Notes: a model not told the origin generated them from the sequence alone. Numbered from the stretch's first letter, positions 15,515-25,953 are shown. The stretch: 28,219 bases of DNA from a virus (IMGVR_UViG_3300045902_000486:1-28219), one strand, 5' to 3'. Numbers and translations are program-made.

Positions 15515-16163
15515 GTACATTGTATATCACTGCACCGGTGGCGCTCAAACACAAACGCTTGAATCTATTCAAAAGCATTGGCGCGATGTGATGAAATGGA
15601 ATCGACCCGGATATCACCACCTCATCATGCCCAATGGCACGGTGCATAACTTGCAGCCCATTGAACAACCAACCAACGGTGTTGCCGGGTATAATGCTAA
15701 TAGTATTCACATTGCCTACGTTGGTGGCATCGATAGCAGAAGCCGCATAGCTGATAACCGCACCGATGCGCAAAAACTAGCCATGAAAAATCTGGCAGCA
15801 ACATACGCACAAAGATTTCCTGCAGCACAGCATGTTGGCCACCGTGATTTTTCACCCGACAAAAACCGGGATGGCATCATCAGCTCCAATGAATGGATTA
15901 AAGCTTGTCCATCATTCTCTGTAAAAACATGGCTTGTAGAGCAGGGTATTATGAGTACCGTGCCGCAGCCTAAAGTGATGAAAGCCGTTAAAACTTTAGG
16001 AGCCAGTTTAAATATAAGGTCAGGTCCTTCAGTATCTCACCGTATTATAGGTTCGGTGCCCAATGGTGCGGCACTTATATTACTCGAAGTTGGTTCACAA
16101 TTTTCGCTTGTTCAAGCTAATGATAAATTGACTGGCTGGGTATCTAATCAGTTTATAGGATGA
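15501..16163 (+). CDS. Endolysin: Amidase_2 N-acetylmuramoyl-L-alanine amidase plus SH3b domain
   Basis: YHCT, GYHHLI, GHRDFSPD and KACPSF zinc-amidase motifs; C-terminal LNIRSGPS…IIGSV…GWVS. Confidence 0.9.
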   Translation: MRAIKYIVYHCTGGAQTQTLESIQKHWRDVMKWNRPGYHHLIMPNGTVHNLQPIEQPTNGVAGYNANSIHIAYVGGIDSRSRIADNRTDAQKLAMKNLAATYAQRFPAAQHVGHRDFSPDKNRDGIISSNEWIKACPSFSVKTWLVEQGIMSTVPQPKVMKAVKTLGASLNIRSGPSVSHRIIGSVPNGAALILLEVGSQFSLVQANDKLTGWVSNQFIG

Positions 16164-16750
16164 AAGATTATAACTACATAGGTTGGCTCATAGCCATAGC
16201 ACTGCTCATATATATATATGTGAGTCAGCGGCACTGTGGCAGCGTTACACAACATGCCGATACCAGCACCACTGTCGTATATGTGTATGATACCAACACA
16301 TACACTCCACAGGTGCCACCCCCAACACCACGCTCATCTGTAATCCGATTGCCCGCGCCTGCGGCTGCATCGGACAAACCGCTTACTCCTGTAGATACCG
16401 CTGCCATCGTACACGCGTATTTTATGGCGCATTTTTATGAGCAAACCATCCAAGATTCAAACATTACAGCCACCATACGCGACAGCGTTTACAACAACAA
16501 TATTACCTGGCGAAACTTTTCTTACCGCCTGCTTAGGCCAACGGCCATCATCACCAATACCATCATTAAGCCGGTAGAAGCACGTAATCAACTGTACGCA
16601 GGTTTCGGAGCCAGTGTGGGAGTTTTGGGAAGTTCTCCCACAATTGGTCCTGAATTACTTTTTGTCACAAAAAACAAAACCGCATACCGTGCCGCGTTTC
16701 AACTACCTGGCACTGTATCAGCTAGTATATATTTCAAGTTGGGTAAATGA
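16160..16750 (+). CDS. Membrane-anchored lysis accessory protein (spanin-like candidate)
   Basis: N-terminal TM, Pro/Thr-rich linker, C-terminal amphipathic beta strands; follows the endolysin. Confidence 0.5.
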   Translation: MKDYNYIGWLIAIALLIYIYVSQRHCGSVTQHADTSTTVVYVYDTNTYTPQVPPPTPRSSVIRLPAPAAASDKPLTPVDTAAIVHAYFMAHFYEQTIQDSNITATIRDSVYNNNITWRNFSYRLLRPTAIITNTIIKPVEARNQLYAGFGASVGVLGSSPTIGPELLFVTKNKTAYRAAFQLPGTVSASIYFKLGK

Positions 16751-17610
16751 TAGAATTACAAATACACACAACCAAAGGTTATACATCACACTTCATTCCA
16801 GAATGTTGGGATGAGCTTAGTCGAGAGCAACTCGTTATGTATGCTGCCATTGTTTATCCATATCGAAAAAAAATGTTTCGCATCGAAAATGACACCGATA
16901 TTGTAGTGAATGATGGTTGGGAAGACGTATATCAGCGTGTTAGTTTAGGAATGCTGTATGCTCTGCTTAATATACCTCACGAGCAATTTATTCTACTTTC
17001 TGATGAGTTTATACACGATCTGCTGTATGGTATGCGTGTACTTAATTTTATTTTTATGGAATACGATTTAGAGCCAAACCTTATTGCATCTGTGGATACG
17101 AACGGAAAAAAATATTATGGTCCATCCAGTTTTGAGTTGCTTACCTGGGATGAATTTTCATTTGCAGATACTCATTTTATTGATTTTGTAAAAACGGCAA
17201 ACGAGGATAGCCTCAACTTGTTTTTTGCAGCACTATATCGCTTGGCCAAAAATAAATACAATCCAGCCGATCCGAATACAGATGGTGATATACGTGAGCC
17301 GTTCAATATGCACACAATTGAGTATCGTTTGTCCGATATAAAATCAGTTTCTCAAGCTGAAAAAATTGCAGCGTTAATATGGTACGAGTGTCAGCGTGAG
17401 GTAATGATAAACGATAATGATATTGTTTTTACCGGTGCGGAAACTACTGAACAAATGCCACCTGCCGAAACTGTACTACACATTGCCGGAGGTTTGGCAA
17501 ACTTTAACCTTGTAAGAACATCGCCAGCATTGTTGGTTGTATCCGACCTTAAGCGGATTATACTTGAATCCAAAAAAATGAAAAAGAACAATGGCAATCC
17601 GATCAATTAA
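16747..17610 (+). CDS. Hypothetical tail-region protein (assembly chaperone-like)
   Basis: IPECWDELS, YYGP…LTWDEFSFAD, FFAALYR; coupled within the operon. Confidence 0.6.
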   Translation: MIELQIHTTKGYTSHFIPECWDELSREQLVMYAAIVYPYRKKMFRIENDTDIVVNDGWEDVYQRVSLGMLYALLNIPHEQFILLSDEFIHDLLYGMRVLNFIFMEYDLEPNLIASVDTNGKKYYGPSSFELLTWDEFSFADTHFIDFVKTANEDSLNLFFAALYRLAKNKYNPADPNTDGDIREPFNMHTIEYRLSDIKSVSQAEKIAALIWYECQREVMINDNDIVFTGAETTEQMPPAETVLHIAGGLANFNLVRTSPALLVVSDLKRIILESKKMKKNNGNPIN

Positions 17611-18157
17611 ACAATTCTTCGATTACATGGAAGCACTGGCTGCTAACCATGTTGATATTAACCACACACCCACAAATCCGAGATTTGCGCGTGTGTATCT
17701 TGATGATAAATCCACCGACCCATTTGGTAGGGTAAATGTGAATGAACTTTTTAATAAGCTTAAAACAAACATGAAAGGCACTATACTGGTTGCAGTTGCC
17801 TACAATGCATTTGGACAGGATGATGGAGGTGATAACCGCATGCTGGTAAAACGGCCTATGTTTTTTGTACTAGATAAAGCCGACCCTAACAACCTTGATG
17901 CAGTACAAGATTGTATTGATAAGTGCGTGGGTATTGCACAGGAGCTCATAGGGTATATTGATGAAGACTATTTTGTGGCTCAAACTGAAGACGGATTAAT
18001 TGAAGAAAAGCTGTTACTTGACTTCAATGATTTATCTATAGGCCCAATCCCACCATCCGTACAAAGGCTGTGTGGCGCAAAAGTTGATTTCAGTTTCCGG
18101 CAGCCGCATGAAAAGGCATTGGTTTATAACCCCACCAAATTTAATACACCTATATAA
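17591..18157 (+). CDS. Putative tail completion/terminator protein
   Basis: 188 aa alpha/beta protein in the tail module; function inferred from position. Confidence 0.5.
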   Translation: MAIRSIKQFFDYMEALAANHVDINHTPTNPRFARVYLDDKSTDPFGRVNVNELFNKLKTNMKGTILVAVAYNAFGQDDGGDNRMLVKRPMFFVLDKADPNNLDAVQDCIDKCVGIAQELIGYIDEDYFVAQTEDGLIEEKLLLDFNDLSIGPIPPSVQRLCGAKVDFSFRQPHEKALVYNPTKFNTPI

Positions 18158-18159
18158 GT

Positions 18160-19755
18160 ATGGCAGTAACAGTATTGGCACAACCTCAGCAGTTTGCGGC
18201 AATAAAAAACCCTATGGTTTTAAGGCTTGAAACCGATAATCATTGGGAAACAGCACCCGTAAAATCACGTTGGGGGTTCAGAGTAAATAATTTAAGTGGT
18301 CCGATTAATGATGATACCATTACGATCGGATACAATAACAACAGCTTTATTTTTGTTTTCAAAACAACCGTAACAGGCAGCGACCCCATTAATTGGATAC
18401 GAATTAAGGGCATATCAGAAAGCATAGTGGATTACCTAGAACATGTGGCTGAGCGAATAAGTAATATCATCACCGAATATGTTATAGAGTACTTTTATGA
18501 TCCAGATGATGATGTACATGGAATTAAAATACTTGCTAAAGAAGGTTCCGAAAAATGGAATTTAACACTAACATCTTCAGACGTAACAAAGCTTTCGAAC
18601 TGGAGCTTGTTACTTTTGAATTATACTGCAGGTGTTCAGAAAACTAATTATCGTCTGTTTTGCAGATTATTCGTAGAAGAAGAACCCGGAAGCACCATAT
18701 TTAAATTTGTGAAAGAACAGGATGCGCACGTTGATATCAATGGTATAGCTGAATTTCAGGTAAACAGATTGTTTGTGTTTGACAATAGCTATGCACCATC
18801 TAATGAGGTCGTAAGCGATTATCCATGCATATACAGATATTATTTGCAGTGGGGCGAAAAGTATGGAGAGGATATTGTTTGGTATGCCACCGGCAGCGGT
18901 AGTAGCAGCAATTATAAGATTGCATTAAATGGTGGATTTTCAACCGAAGTATTCCCTCAATTAATTGATATATACACCGAACAACTTAGCGGGGAAGGGC
19001 ATAAGCTGCTTAATGTCTTACCTCGTATTATGGTTATAAACAAACATTGCCCTATATGGTTATATTATTTCCTTGCCTCGGTAGATGAGGATTTGTTGTC
19101 AGTTGAGATAACAGCATATTATGAAGATGAAATTTCGCCACAATTAGTAAGTTTTTCTGCCGGGAGTGCAGGTGCTCATACAGTTACCGCCATTGCCGTT
19201 GGGCCATCGCAGATATCCGAAAACATGGAGATTTCACTATTAACACATTACTCAGTAAAGATTACTCGTAATACTGATTCACAAAGTAGTGAGTCGTTTC
19301 TTTTTATAATCAGCGAAGTGCAACACGAATTTAATCGCTATTTTATATACAAAAACAGCCTTGGTACTTACGATACACTATGGTGTAGCGGTGAAGCTAA
19401 ATCACGAACAATTCATGAATTTGAAGAAGCTAAAATTATGCTGCCGGCAAATTATACAGCATCCGATCGTGAAATATTAAACTACAACAAAACATACTCA
19501 AAAGACGTTGATGTGCCGGTAGGCGTTAATTCACGCGATTTACGCTTTGACCCACAGCAGTGGGCGCAATGCCTTAGCGATTTACTGAATAGTGATGATG
19601 TTTTCGAAGTTATTGGTGATCAGCTTTTACCCATAGTTGTATTAAATAAAGCTGTTGAATTGCCTACTGATGCACAGTCTATTGTAAATTTCGACCTAAA
19701 GTATAAATACGCACATACACACTCATCTTTTACCCCTAAATGGCTGTATGAATAA
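18160..19755 (+). CDS. Tail structural protein (distal-tail-like)
   Basis: 531 aa beta-rich protein with C-terminal YFIYKNSLGTYDTL…DLLNSDDVF pattern. Confidence 0.6.
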   Translation: MAVTVLAQPQQFAAIKNPMVLRLETDNHWETAPVKSRWGFRVNNLSGPINDDTITIGYNNNSFIFVFKTTVTGSDPINWIRIKGISESIVDYLEHVAERISNIITEYVIEYFYDPDDDVHGIKILAKEGSEKWNLTLTSSDVTKLSNWSLLLLNYTAGVQKTNYRLFCRLFVEEEPGSTIFKFVKEQDAHVDINGIAEFQVNRLFVFDNSYAPSNEVVSDYPCIYRYYLQWGEKYGEDIVWYATGSGSSSNYKIALNGGFSTEVFPQLIDIYTEQLSGEGHKLLNVLPRIMVINKHCPIWLYYFLASVDEDLLSVEITAYYEDEISPQLVSFSAGSAGAHTVTAIAVGPSQISENMEISLLTHYSVKITRNTDSQSSESFLFIISEVQHEFNRYFIYKNSLGTYDTLWCSGEAKSRTIHEFEEAKIMLPANYTASDREILNYNKTYSKDVDVPVGVNSRDLRFDPQQWAQCLSDLLNSDDVFEVIGDQLLPIVVLNKAVELPTDAQSIVNFDLKYKYAHTHSSFTPKWLYE

Positions 19756-21856
19756 CATTGCTATTAAAATTAACGGAACATTCCTTGAACTCGATGATGT
19801 AACAATAAGGTTTAAAAAAGAAACCACATTATTTAGCAGCTCGGTTGTACCGGTATTATACAGCTTCCCCTTTCGGCTGCCAGATACACCTAAAAACATA
19901 AAAACGTTAGGCTTTATCAACTTGCCTGAAGTAAGCACATCATTAAACATAGAGTTCAGCTGTGAATTTTATTTGTTTGGCAACTTCTGGATGAACGGAA
20001 TTATTGAAGTGAAAAAATACTATACAGGAGCATTCGATTGCAATTTATACTCAGGCATCGATAAAACCATTCGCCAAATACTAAGCACACCTATGCGTGA
20101 GCTTGATTTTGGCAAGTGGAATTCATTCAGTTTGTTCGATGAAATTAGGCCTTACTACATTGCTGAATATACAATAGACAACCCTGGTGGTATTAGTTAT
20201 AATGTAGATGGCGTTTCCGCATCATACAGCACTACCTGGTTTGCAGCATGGGCAGGTAATGTTGCTGATACCATTCAGAATTTTATAGACGATGCCAATA
20301 GTAAAACTTCAATAACAGGTATGCAGTTAAGCGTACTAAGCGGTCCTACACCCAATCTGTCTGGTGGGTGGGTTTTCACATTTTTGGCGATTGGTACTAC
20401 AAACAGCATGGTTGGTCCGCAAAGTATTGCCGACCAGCTTACTAAAGAGCGATTAATTATCAAATGTCTTAACAATACCTTTGATTATCTGACGCAAGAA
20501 CACGCCAATGCATTGGTTAATGAGGAGTATGGGAGCTGGTATGAAGATACTTTTGGGAAAATTCCGTACCGCTTTCCACTCATAAAGAACACAATGCACA
20601 CCGGTGTTGAGTCTACCAATCCGCTTGAAAATAAATACAACCGTTGGGACTTTGCTGCACAAGAATATTCATTCCAGGACACTACAACTTATGGACTGGT
20701 GGAATGGTTCGGTTACAGATATTTTGCAATATCTGTTTGCCCGTTTATCAGTGAAATATTTGCAGCAATTCAACGTACAACTAAATATTCAATCGAGTAC
20801 GATCTGTTTAAAACAACACTGGCCGATTTGCTGCTCATTACAAATGGCATGCTCACTCCTAAAGATTATACAGAATGGCAGCAATCGCCAAATTATATCG
20901 ATTTGAGGTGCAGTATGCCTGATATGACCATAGAGGAGTTTTTAATGGGTATTAAACAGTTATTCTATCAGAATTACACTATTGATTATCGATATAATAA
21001 AATAATAACCAAACCATTTGCCGAAATCATACAACACAATAATCCGCTTGATTTAACCGGCTCAGTAATTAAAAAATATGGTTATGAAACAAATCAAAAA
21101 TACAGTGAAGGTTTTGACCTGCATTATCAATATGACACAAACGATCAGTTGGTAAATGAAAGAATAAAAACGTACGTCAAGCAAAAGTTAAAACCCCCTG
21201 TATCAAATATTGGAGCACTTCCGGCTACAGATAATGAACAAGCTGATATACGTTATGTTCAGGAAATTGATAGCTACTATACTGCAATGGTTAATCCTCA
21301 AACGCTAACAACCACATGGGTATATTTTTGCGATGGTCAGTTAAATTTTAGAAAAGGCAATGCAGCTGTCACTATAAAACCGGCACTATCACCTATCCTC
21401 ATGAGCCGCGAAACCGATGGTGAAAGTGAGATATTGCTTCCGGAACTTAAACAGGCGGCAAAAGTTAAAGAGCAATCTCAGGATGAACACACATTTAAGG
21501 GTAGGCTTGCGTTTTGGTACGGACTGCAAAACGACACAACCAACCGAAAATACCCATTTGCCAGCTATCACAATCGTGATGCACAAAACAATGAGATAGG
21601 CGATAATACACTAAAATATGACACAGATATAGGTATACATTCAAGGTATGCACAACCCTATCTTGATTTTCTGAAAAATACAAGACCATTCCAGTTTGAA
21701 ACATTAATGAAGCCCGAAGATGTATTAAGTTTCGATGATAATCGTCCGGTACGCATAGAAAGTATTAATTATATAACACATACCCTTGATTTTAGTGTAA
21801 GTAATAAAACAGCAGCAGAGCTGGTTAAAGTAACCATGGACATCTATAAACTATGA
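19748..21856 (+). CDS. Tail tip/baseplate hub-like structural protein
   Basis: 702 aa; YSFPFRLPDTPKN N-terminus, MPDMTIEEFL, C-terminal RIESINY. Confidence 0.6.
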   Translation: MNNIAIKINGTFLELDDVTIRFKKETTLFSSSVVPVLYSFPFRLPDTPKNIKTLGFINLPEVSTSLNIEFSCEFYLFGNFWMNGIIEVKKYYTGAFDCNLYSGIDKTIRQILSTPMRELDFGKWNSFSLFDEIRPYYIAEYTIDNPGGISYNVDGVSASYSTTWFAAWAGNVADTIQNFIDDANSKTSITGMQLSVLSGPTPNLSGGWVFTFLAIGTTNSMVGPQSIADQLTKERLIIKCLNNTFDYLTQEHANALVNEEYGSWYEDTFGKIPYRFPLIKNTMHTGVESTNPLENKYNRWDFAAQEYSFQDTTTYGLVEWFGYRYFAISVCPFISEIFAAIQRTTKYSIEYDLFKTTLADLLLITNGMLTPKDYTEWQQSPNYIDLRCSMPDMTIEEFLMGIKQLFYQNYTIDYRYNKIITKPFAEIIQHNNPLDLTGSVIKKYGYETNQKYSEGFDLHYQYDTNDQLVNERIKTYVKQKLKPPVSNIGALPATDNEQADIRYVQEIDSYYTAMVNPQTLTTTWVYFCDGQLNFRKGNAAVTIKPALSPILMSRETDGESEILLPELKQAAKVKEQSQDEHTFKGRLAFWYGLQNDTTNRKYPFASYHNRDAQNNEIGDNTLKYDTDIGIHSRYAQPYLDFLKNTRPFQFETLMKPEDVLSFDDNRPVRIESINYITHTLDFSVSNKTAAELVKVTMDIYKL

Positions 21857-22236
21857 GCAACAATTACAAACTATTAGAAGAATACAATGCCGGTATTGTA
21901 AAGTGGGGCAGAAGTACATCTAAAAATATGCGTCAGGAGATGCAACGCATGCAAATTAACCAGGGCGAGCACACACGCACATTACGCTCGGGATTTGGTA
22001 AAGATAAATTAGGTGAGATAAACAGAGCATCATTTCACATAAGCCGTGTGCTGGTATATGTGCATAAAGGTGTAGGCCGTGGATGGCCAATTAGCCGAGC
22101 AGGTCAGTCATCCAACTTTGGCAGAATACCTAAGCCATTTTTTAACCCGGTTATTGATAAAAACATAAACGCACTGGCAGAGCATGTCGCAAAAACAAAA
22201 GCAGATATGATTGTAAAAAATATTCACATTCGTTAG
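21853..22236 (+). CDS. Neck/HK97 gp10-like protein (putative)
   Basis: Basic 127 aa protein with VYVHKGVGRG…RIPKPFFNPVI. Confidence 0.6.
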   Translation: MSNNYKLLEEYNAGIVKWGRSTSKNMRQEMQRMQINQGEHTRTLRSGFGKDKLGEINRASFHISRVLVYVHKGVGRGWPISRAGQSSNFGRIPKPFFNPVIDKNINALAEHVAKTKADMIVKNIHIR

Positions 22237-22245
22237 TTTTGAAAT

Positions 22246-22551
22246 ATGATATTTAGCAAAAGCCAAAAACAATTACTTACAGAGCCCGCAGTTAATAAGC
22301 TGGTTGATAATGTTAGGAATATAGATACACTAATGGCTGCTAATATGATAAAACTAGATGCTGATACATTTTATCTGCATACATTCTGTTGGCATGAAAA
22401 AGATGCTACTTTTCGTAGAAACTATGTGCATAGCTTATCCCAATACTTTATTCTAAAAAACAACGGCAATGATTTGCCTTTTCGAGTGATGGATACAGAT
22501 AATAATCCAATGGCGGAATATAAACCGGGTGGCATAGTTATGTTGTTATAA
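22246..22551 (+). CDS. Hypothetical protein
   Basis: 101 aa ORF; no recognised motif. Confidence 0.6.
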   Translation: MIFSKSQKQLLTEPAVNKLVDNVRNIDTLMAANMIKLDADTFYLHTFCWHEKDATFRRNYVHSLSQYFILKNNGNDLPFRVMDTDNNPMAEYKPGGIVMLL

Positions 22552-22552
22552 C

Positions 22553-22588
22553 TGTCCTTTATAACACTGATTTTTATGGCAAAATTTG
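22553..22588 (+). promoter_or_regulatory. Putative phage late promoter, copy 4
   Basis: TGTCCTTTA-N18-CAAAATTTG upstream of the tape measure gene. Confidence 0.6.
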
Positions 22589-22607
22589 GGTATAATTTAT
22601 ATGCCCA

Positions 22608-25600
22608 ATGTCGCAAACTGTTAATCGCAGAATTTCTATTTTTATTGACTCAGCCCAGGGCGAAGCCGCTCTTGAAAAGCTATATGCAAGGCAAACCAAA
22701 TTAGCCACATCTACAGCTAAACTAAAGCAGGGTTCTGATGAATGGGTGAAGGGCATGGAAGATCTTGGCCGCGTAGAGAAGGAAATTGTTCAACTTGAGG
22801 GGCAAATGGCCGGTAGATTAGGTCCAACACTTAAACAGCTGAAAGAAGAGCAAAAAATGCTTAATAGAGAATTGAACAAAATGCCAATAGAACTACGTGC
22901 AGCTAGCAATGAATCGCAACGCTTACGGCAAGTAGAAGCGGCCATACGAAGGGTTAATAATGAGGCCAAACAAACCGGTGGATGGTTTAGCCAGTGGAAA
23001 GGCGCAATGGCGGCTGGTGCCGCAGGTGTTGTTGGCGGCAACCTTGTTAACTCTGCACTAGGTGGTGTGAAAGATTACATTACTGGCAGTGTAGCTGCAG
23101 CTGCTAAAGTAGCCGATCAATTAGCAGATGTGCGCAAAACCACCGGTATGACAGCCGATGAAGTGGACAGGCTAAATAGCGCATTAGGCATGATAGATAC
23201 ACGCACCAGCGCAAGCGAACTTCGTGAAATGGCTAAAGTTGCGGGCCAGTTCGGCATCGCTCAGGATCAGATACTGGGATTTGTGCAAGCTGTAGATAAA
23301 GTAAATGTAGCGCTCGGTGATGAATTTGGTGGCAATGCAGAAGCCATCGCAGCTGAAATGAGTAAGCTGAGAAATGTTTTTTCAGACATAAAATCAGATA
23401 ATGTAGGTATTGACATAGCTCATATTGCCAATGCATTAAATGAGCTAGGAGCCAGTGGTGTGGCCACTAGCCCTGTTATCTCCGATTTTGCAAACCGAAT
23501 AGGTGGCGTAGGTATACCGCTTGGTTTAACATCTGCAGAAGTGTTAGGGCTTTCCGCTACTTTACAAGAGTTAAACGTTAGTACAGAAAGAGGTGGTACT
23601 GCCATTGGTAAAATTCTGAAAAAGATGCTCACCAATACCGAAACTTTTGCAGAAGTAGCCGGTATGAAAATTGAAGATTTCACCGACCTTCTCAATAGAG
23701 ATTTATATGCAGCTTTTGTTAAGGTTATGGAAGGGGCAGGCAAATTCAGCGGAAAAAGCACTGTGTTGGCGAAGTTGATTGAAGATTTGGAAGTAAACGG
23801 TGCCGGAGCTAGTGAAGTTTTTGCAAAATTGGGAAACAATACAGATTTGCTCCAAAAGCGTGTTGATTTGGCCAATAAAACACTCAGTGACACAGCCAGC
23901 ATTAACGATGAAGTCGCAATAAAATCAAACAACCTTGCTGGCGAACTCGATAAATTAAATAAACAATGGGTTAAGTTTACATCTGGTCCTGGTGCCAAAT
24001 TGGGTGAAATGTTTTTAGCCACTGTAAACGGCATGGTTGATGGGGTAAAACTACTTATGTCAGGGGGCTTTAGTCAAGTTATGGATGAAGTAGATGCCAG
24101 GGCGCAAAAAGCTTTCGATGACTTTAAGGCAAAGGAGGAAGAAAAAGCTAATATACGAACTAAGTATATGATGAGCATTCAGAAATTGAGTGTTGAGCAA
24201 TTGGAAAAAGAACTTATGATTCAAAAAACCATTCGAAGCGGATGGAGAGTTACTATGGATTCGGCTATAAGATCAGGAGATATTGATAAAATAAAAGAAG
24301 CAAAACAGGCATACCAAGATCTATCTGCTAAGATGAAGGATATTGATAAACTCCTTAAAGATAAACAGAATGGGCTGCTAGCCGATAGAGCAGTAAAAGA
24401 TGAAGAGGCAGCGAAGAAAGCAGCAAAAGCCGCTCAAAAAATGGCTGATGACTTTAAAAAGCTACAACAGGAAATTGCAGATTTACAAGAGAAAACCTAT
24501 CAGGATGGATTAGATAAGCATGAAAAAGAATTACGTGCGGTTGAGGTTAAGTATCAAAAGCTCATGGCCAGAGCAGTGGGCCATACAAAAGAATTGCGGC
24601 AGCTGCAGGAGCTGCTATACAAAGAACAAGCCCATTTACTTGATCAGTGGATTGCCGAAAACAGCAAAAACCTCGACAAAGAGGCCAAAGATTTTATACG
24701 CAAGGAGCGTGAAAAAACAGATGCGTTAAAAAAAGAACATAAGGACCGTATTGATGCCGAGATTAACAGAATGATGCTGCAGGCTGATTTGGACTTGGCA
24801 CGTGCAAAAACCGATGACCAGCGCATTCAGGCCGAAAAAGACAAATTGTTGGCACAAACCACCAGGCTGCTCGAAAATGATAAACTAACGGCTGAAGAGC
24901 GAAGATTAATTTGGGAAAAATATGATACCGATATAGCTGCCATAGAACAAAATGCACAGTTGAGAAGAATATCTGACATGCAGAGCTATTCTTCAGAAGT
25001 GATGTCTGTATTATCCACAATATCACAATTTTATCAGGCAGTATTAAGTAACGATTTGGCTGCTCTGCAAATGTCAAGCCGACTAAGACTTGAAACAGAG
25101 CAGCGTACTCATTCTCAATCTTTAAACAATATAAAAAACACTCATGCTCAGGAAATATCCATGTTGAATTCTAAAAAAGAACGTGGTAAAATGACAGAAG
25201 CTGAGTACAATTCTGAAATAAACCGCCTTACTACTGAAAAGAATGATAAAGAGTTGCGTGAGATGCAGCGCTTTGAAAATGAAAAATTCAGAATACAAGA
25301 AGAGCAGAACAGGAGAGAGCGTGAATCTAGACGCAGAATGGCAATCATGCAAAAAATTGCTGCAGTTACTGATGCTGGGATAGACTTAGCTGTTCTGGCA
25401 TTCAAAGCAGCTGCACAAGGCTTTTTAAACCCACTCACCAATTTCAAACTTGCAGCAGCCACTTTTAAGTTCGGATTGTTATCAGCAATGCCTATTCCAG
25501 AATTTGTTCATGGTGGTACCACAGTAAAAGCAATGGGTCAGCAATCAGGCAAAGTTTACAATACTACTTACGTAGGTAGTATAGCAGGTGGTGGTGTAGC

Positions 25601-25931
25601 TGATAAGCCACAATTAGGCATAATTGGTGAAAAGGGCCCTGAGCTTATCATTCCCAACTGGCTCTTTACTCACCCCAAAATGGTAAACACGATGGGTGCA
25701 CTTCAAGCTATGATAAGCGCAAGGCAATTTGAAGATGGTGGCAGCACAGCCCCAGTTACTTTGCCTGCTTCATCAAATAACGATGAACGTATAAGTGCTT
25801 TAATCAATCAGAATAACTCAGTGATGATGTTATTGTTAGAACGACTTAATACACCATTTTACGGCACCATCATATACGATCAGTTGGAAGATGTGCTAGA
25901 GAGGATGAACTCTATAAAGTCTAAAGCTTAA
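22608..25931 (+). CDS. Phage tail tape measure protein (TP901-type core)
   Basis: 1107 aa; LADVRKTTGMT…IDTRTS…ELREMAKVAGQFG core, long coiled coils, C-terminal GGG…IIGEKGPELIIP. Confidence 0.93.
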   Translation: MSQTVNRRISIFIDSAQGEAALEKLYARQTKLATSTAKLKQGSDEWVKGMEDLGRVEKEIVQLEGQMAGRLGPTLKQLKEEQKMLNRELNKMPIELRAASNESQRLRQVEAAIRRVNNEAKQTGGWFSQWKGAMAAGAAGVVGGNLVNSALGGVKDYITGSVAAAAKVADQLADVRKTTGMTADEVDRLNSALGMIDTRTSASELREMAKVAGQFGIAQDQILGFVQAVDKVNVALGDEFGGNAEAIAAEMSKLRNVFSDIKSDNVGIDIAHIANALNELGASGVATSPVISDFANRIGGVGIPLGLTSAEVLGLSATLQELNVSTERGGTAIGKILKKMLTNTETFAEVAGMKIEDFTDLLNRDLYAAFVKVMEGAGKFSGKSTVLAKLIEDLEVNGAGASEVFAKLGNNTDLLQKRVDLANKTLSDTASINDEVAIKSNNLAGELDKLNKQWVKFTSGPGAKLGEMFLATVNGMVDGVKLLMSGGFSQVMDEVDARAQKAFDDFKAKEEEKANIRTKYMMSIQKLSVEQLEKELMIQKTIRSGWRVTMDSAIRSGDIDKIKEAKQAYQDLSAKMKDIDKLLKDKQNGLLADRAVKDEEAAKKAAKAAQKMADDFKKLQQEIADLQEKTYQDGLDKHEKELRAVEVKYQKLMARAVGHTKELRQLQELLYKEQAHLLDQWIAENSKNLDKEAKDFIRKEREKTDALKKEHKDRIDAEINRMMLQADLDLARAKTDDQRIQAEKDKLLAQTTRLLENDKLTAEERRLIWEKYDTDIAAIEQNAQLRRISDMQSYSSEVMSVLSTISQFYQAVLSNDLAALQMSSRLRLETEQRTHSQSLNNIKNTHAQEISMLNSKKERGKMTEAEYNSEINRLTTEKNDKELREMQRFENEKFRIQEEQNRRERESRRRMAIMQKIAAVTDAGIDLAVLAFKAAAQGFLNPLTNFKLAAATFKFGLLSAMPIPEFVHGGTTVKAMGQQSGKVYNTTYVGSIAGGGVADKPQLGIIGEKGPELIIPNWLFTHPKMVNTMGALQAMISARQFEDGGSTAPVTLPASSNNDERISALINQNNSVMMLLLERLNTPFYGTIIYDQLEDVLERMNSIKSKA

Positions 25932-25953
25932 TTTCCAATTATTATGATTTTTA

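Noticed and set aside
16208-16219. (AT)6 microsatellite as a phase-variation site
   Set aside because: Short, in frame and encodes IYIY in a TM helix; expected in AT-rich DNA
18160-21856. Diversity-generating retroelement or invertible tail cassette
   Set aside because: No reverse transcriptase or invertase gene and no template/variable repeat pair noticed by eye
22790-25462. Several minus-strand ORFs (up to 204 aa) opposite the tape measure gene, and similar shadows elsewhere
   Set aside because: Antisense shadows of a long coding gene with no independent signals
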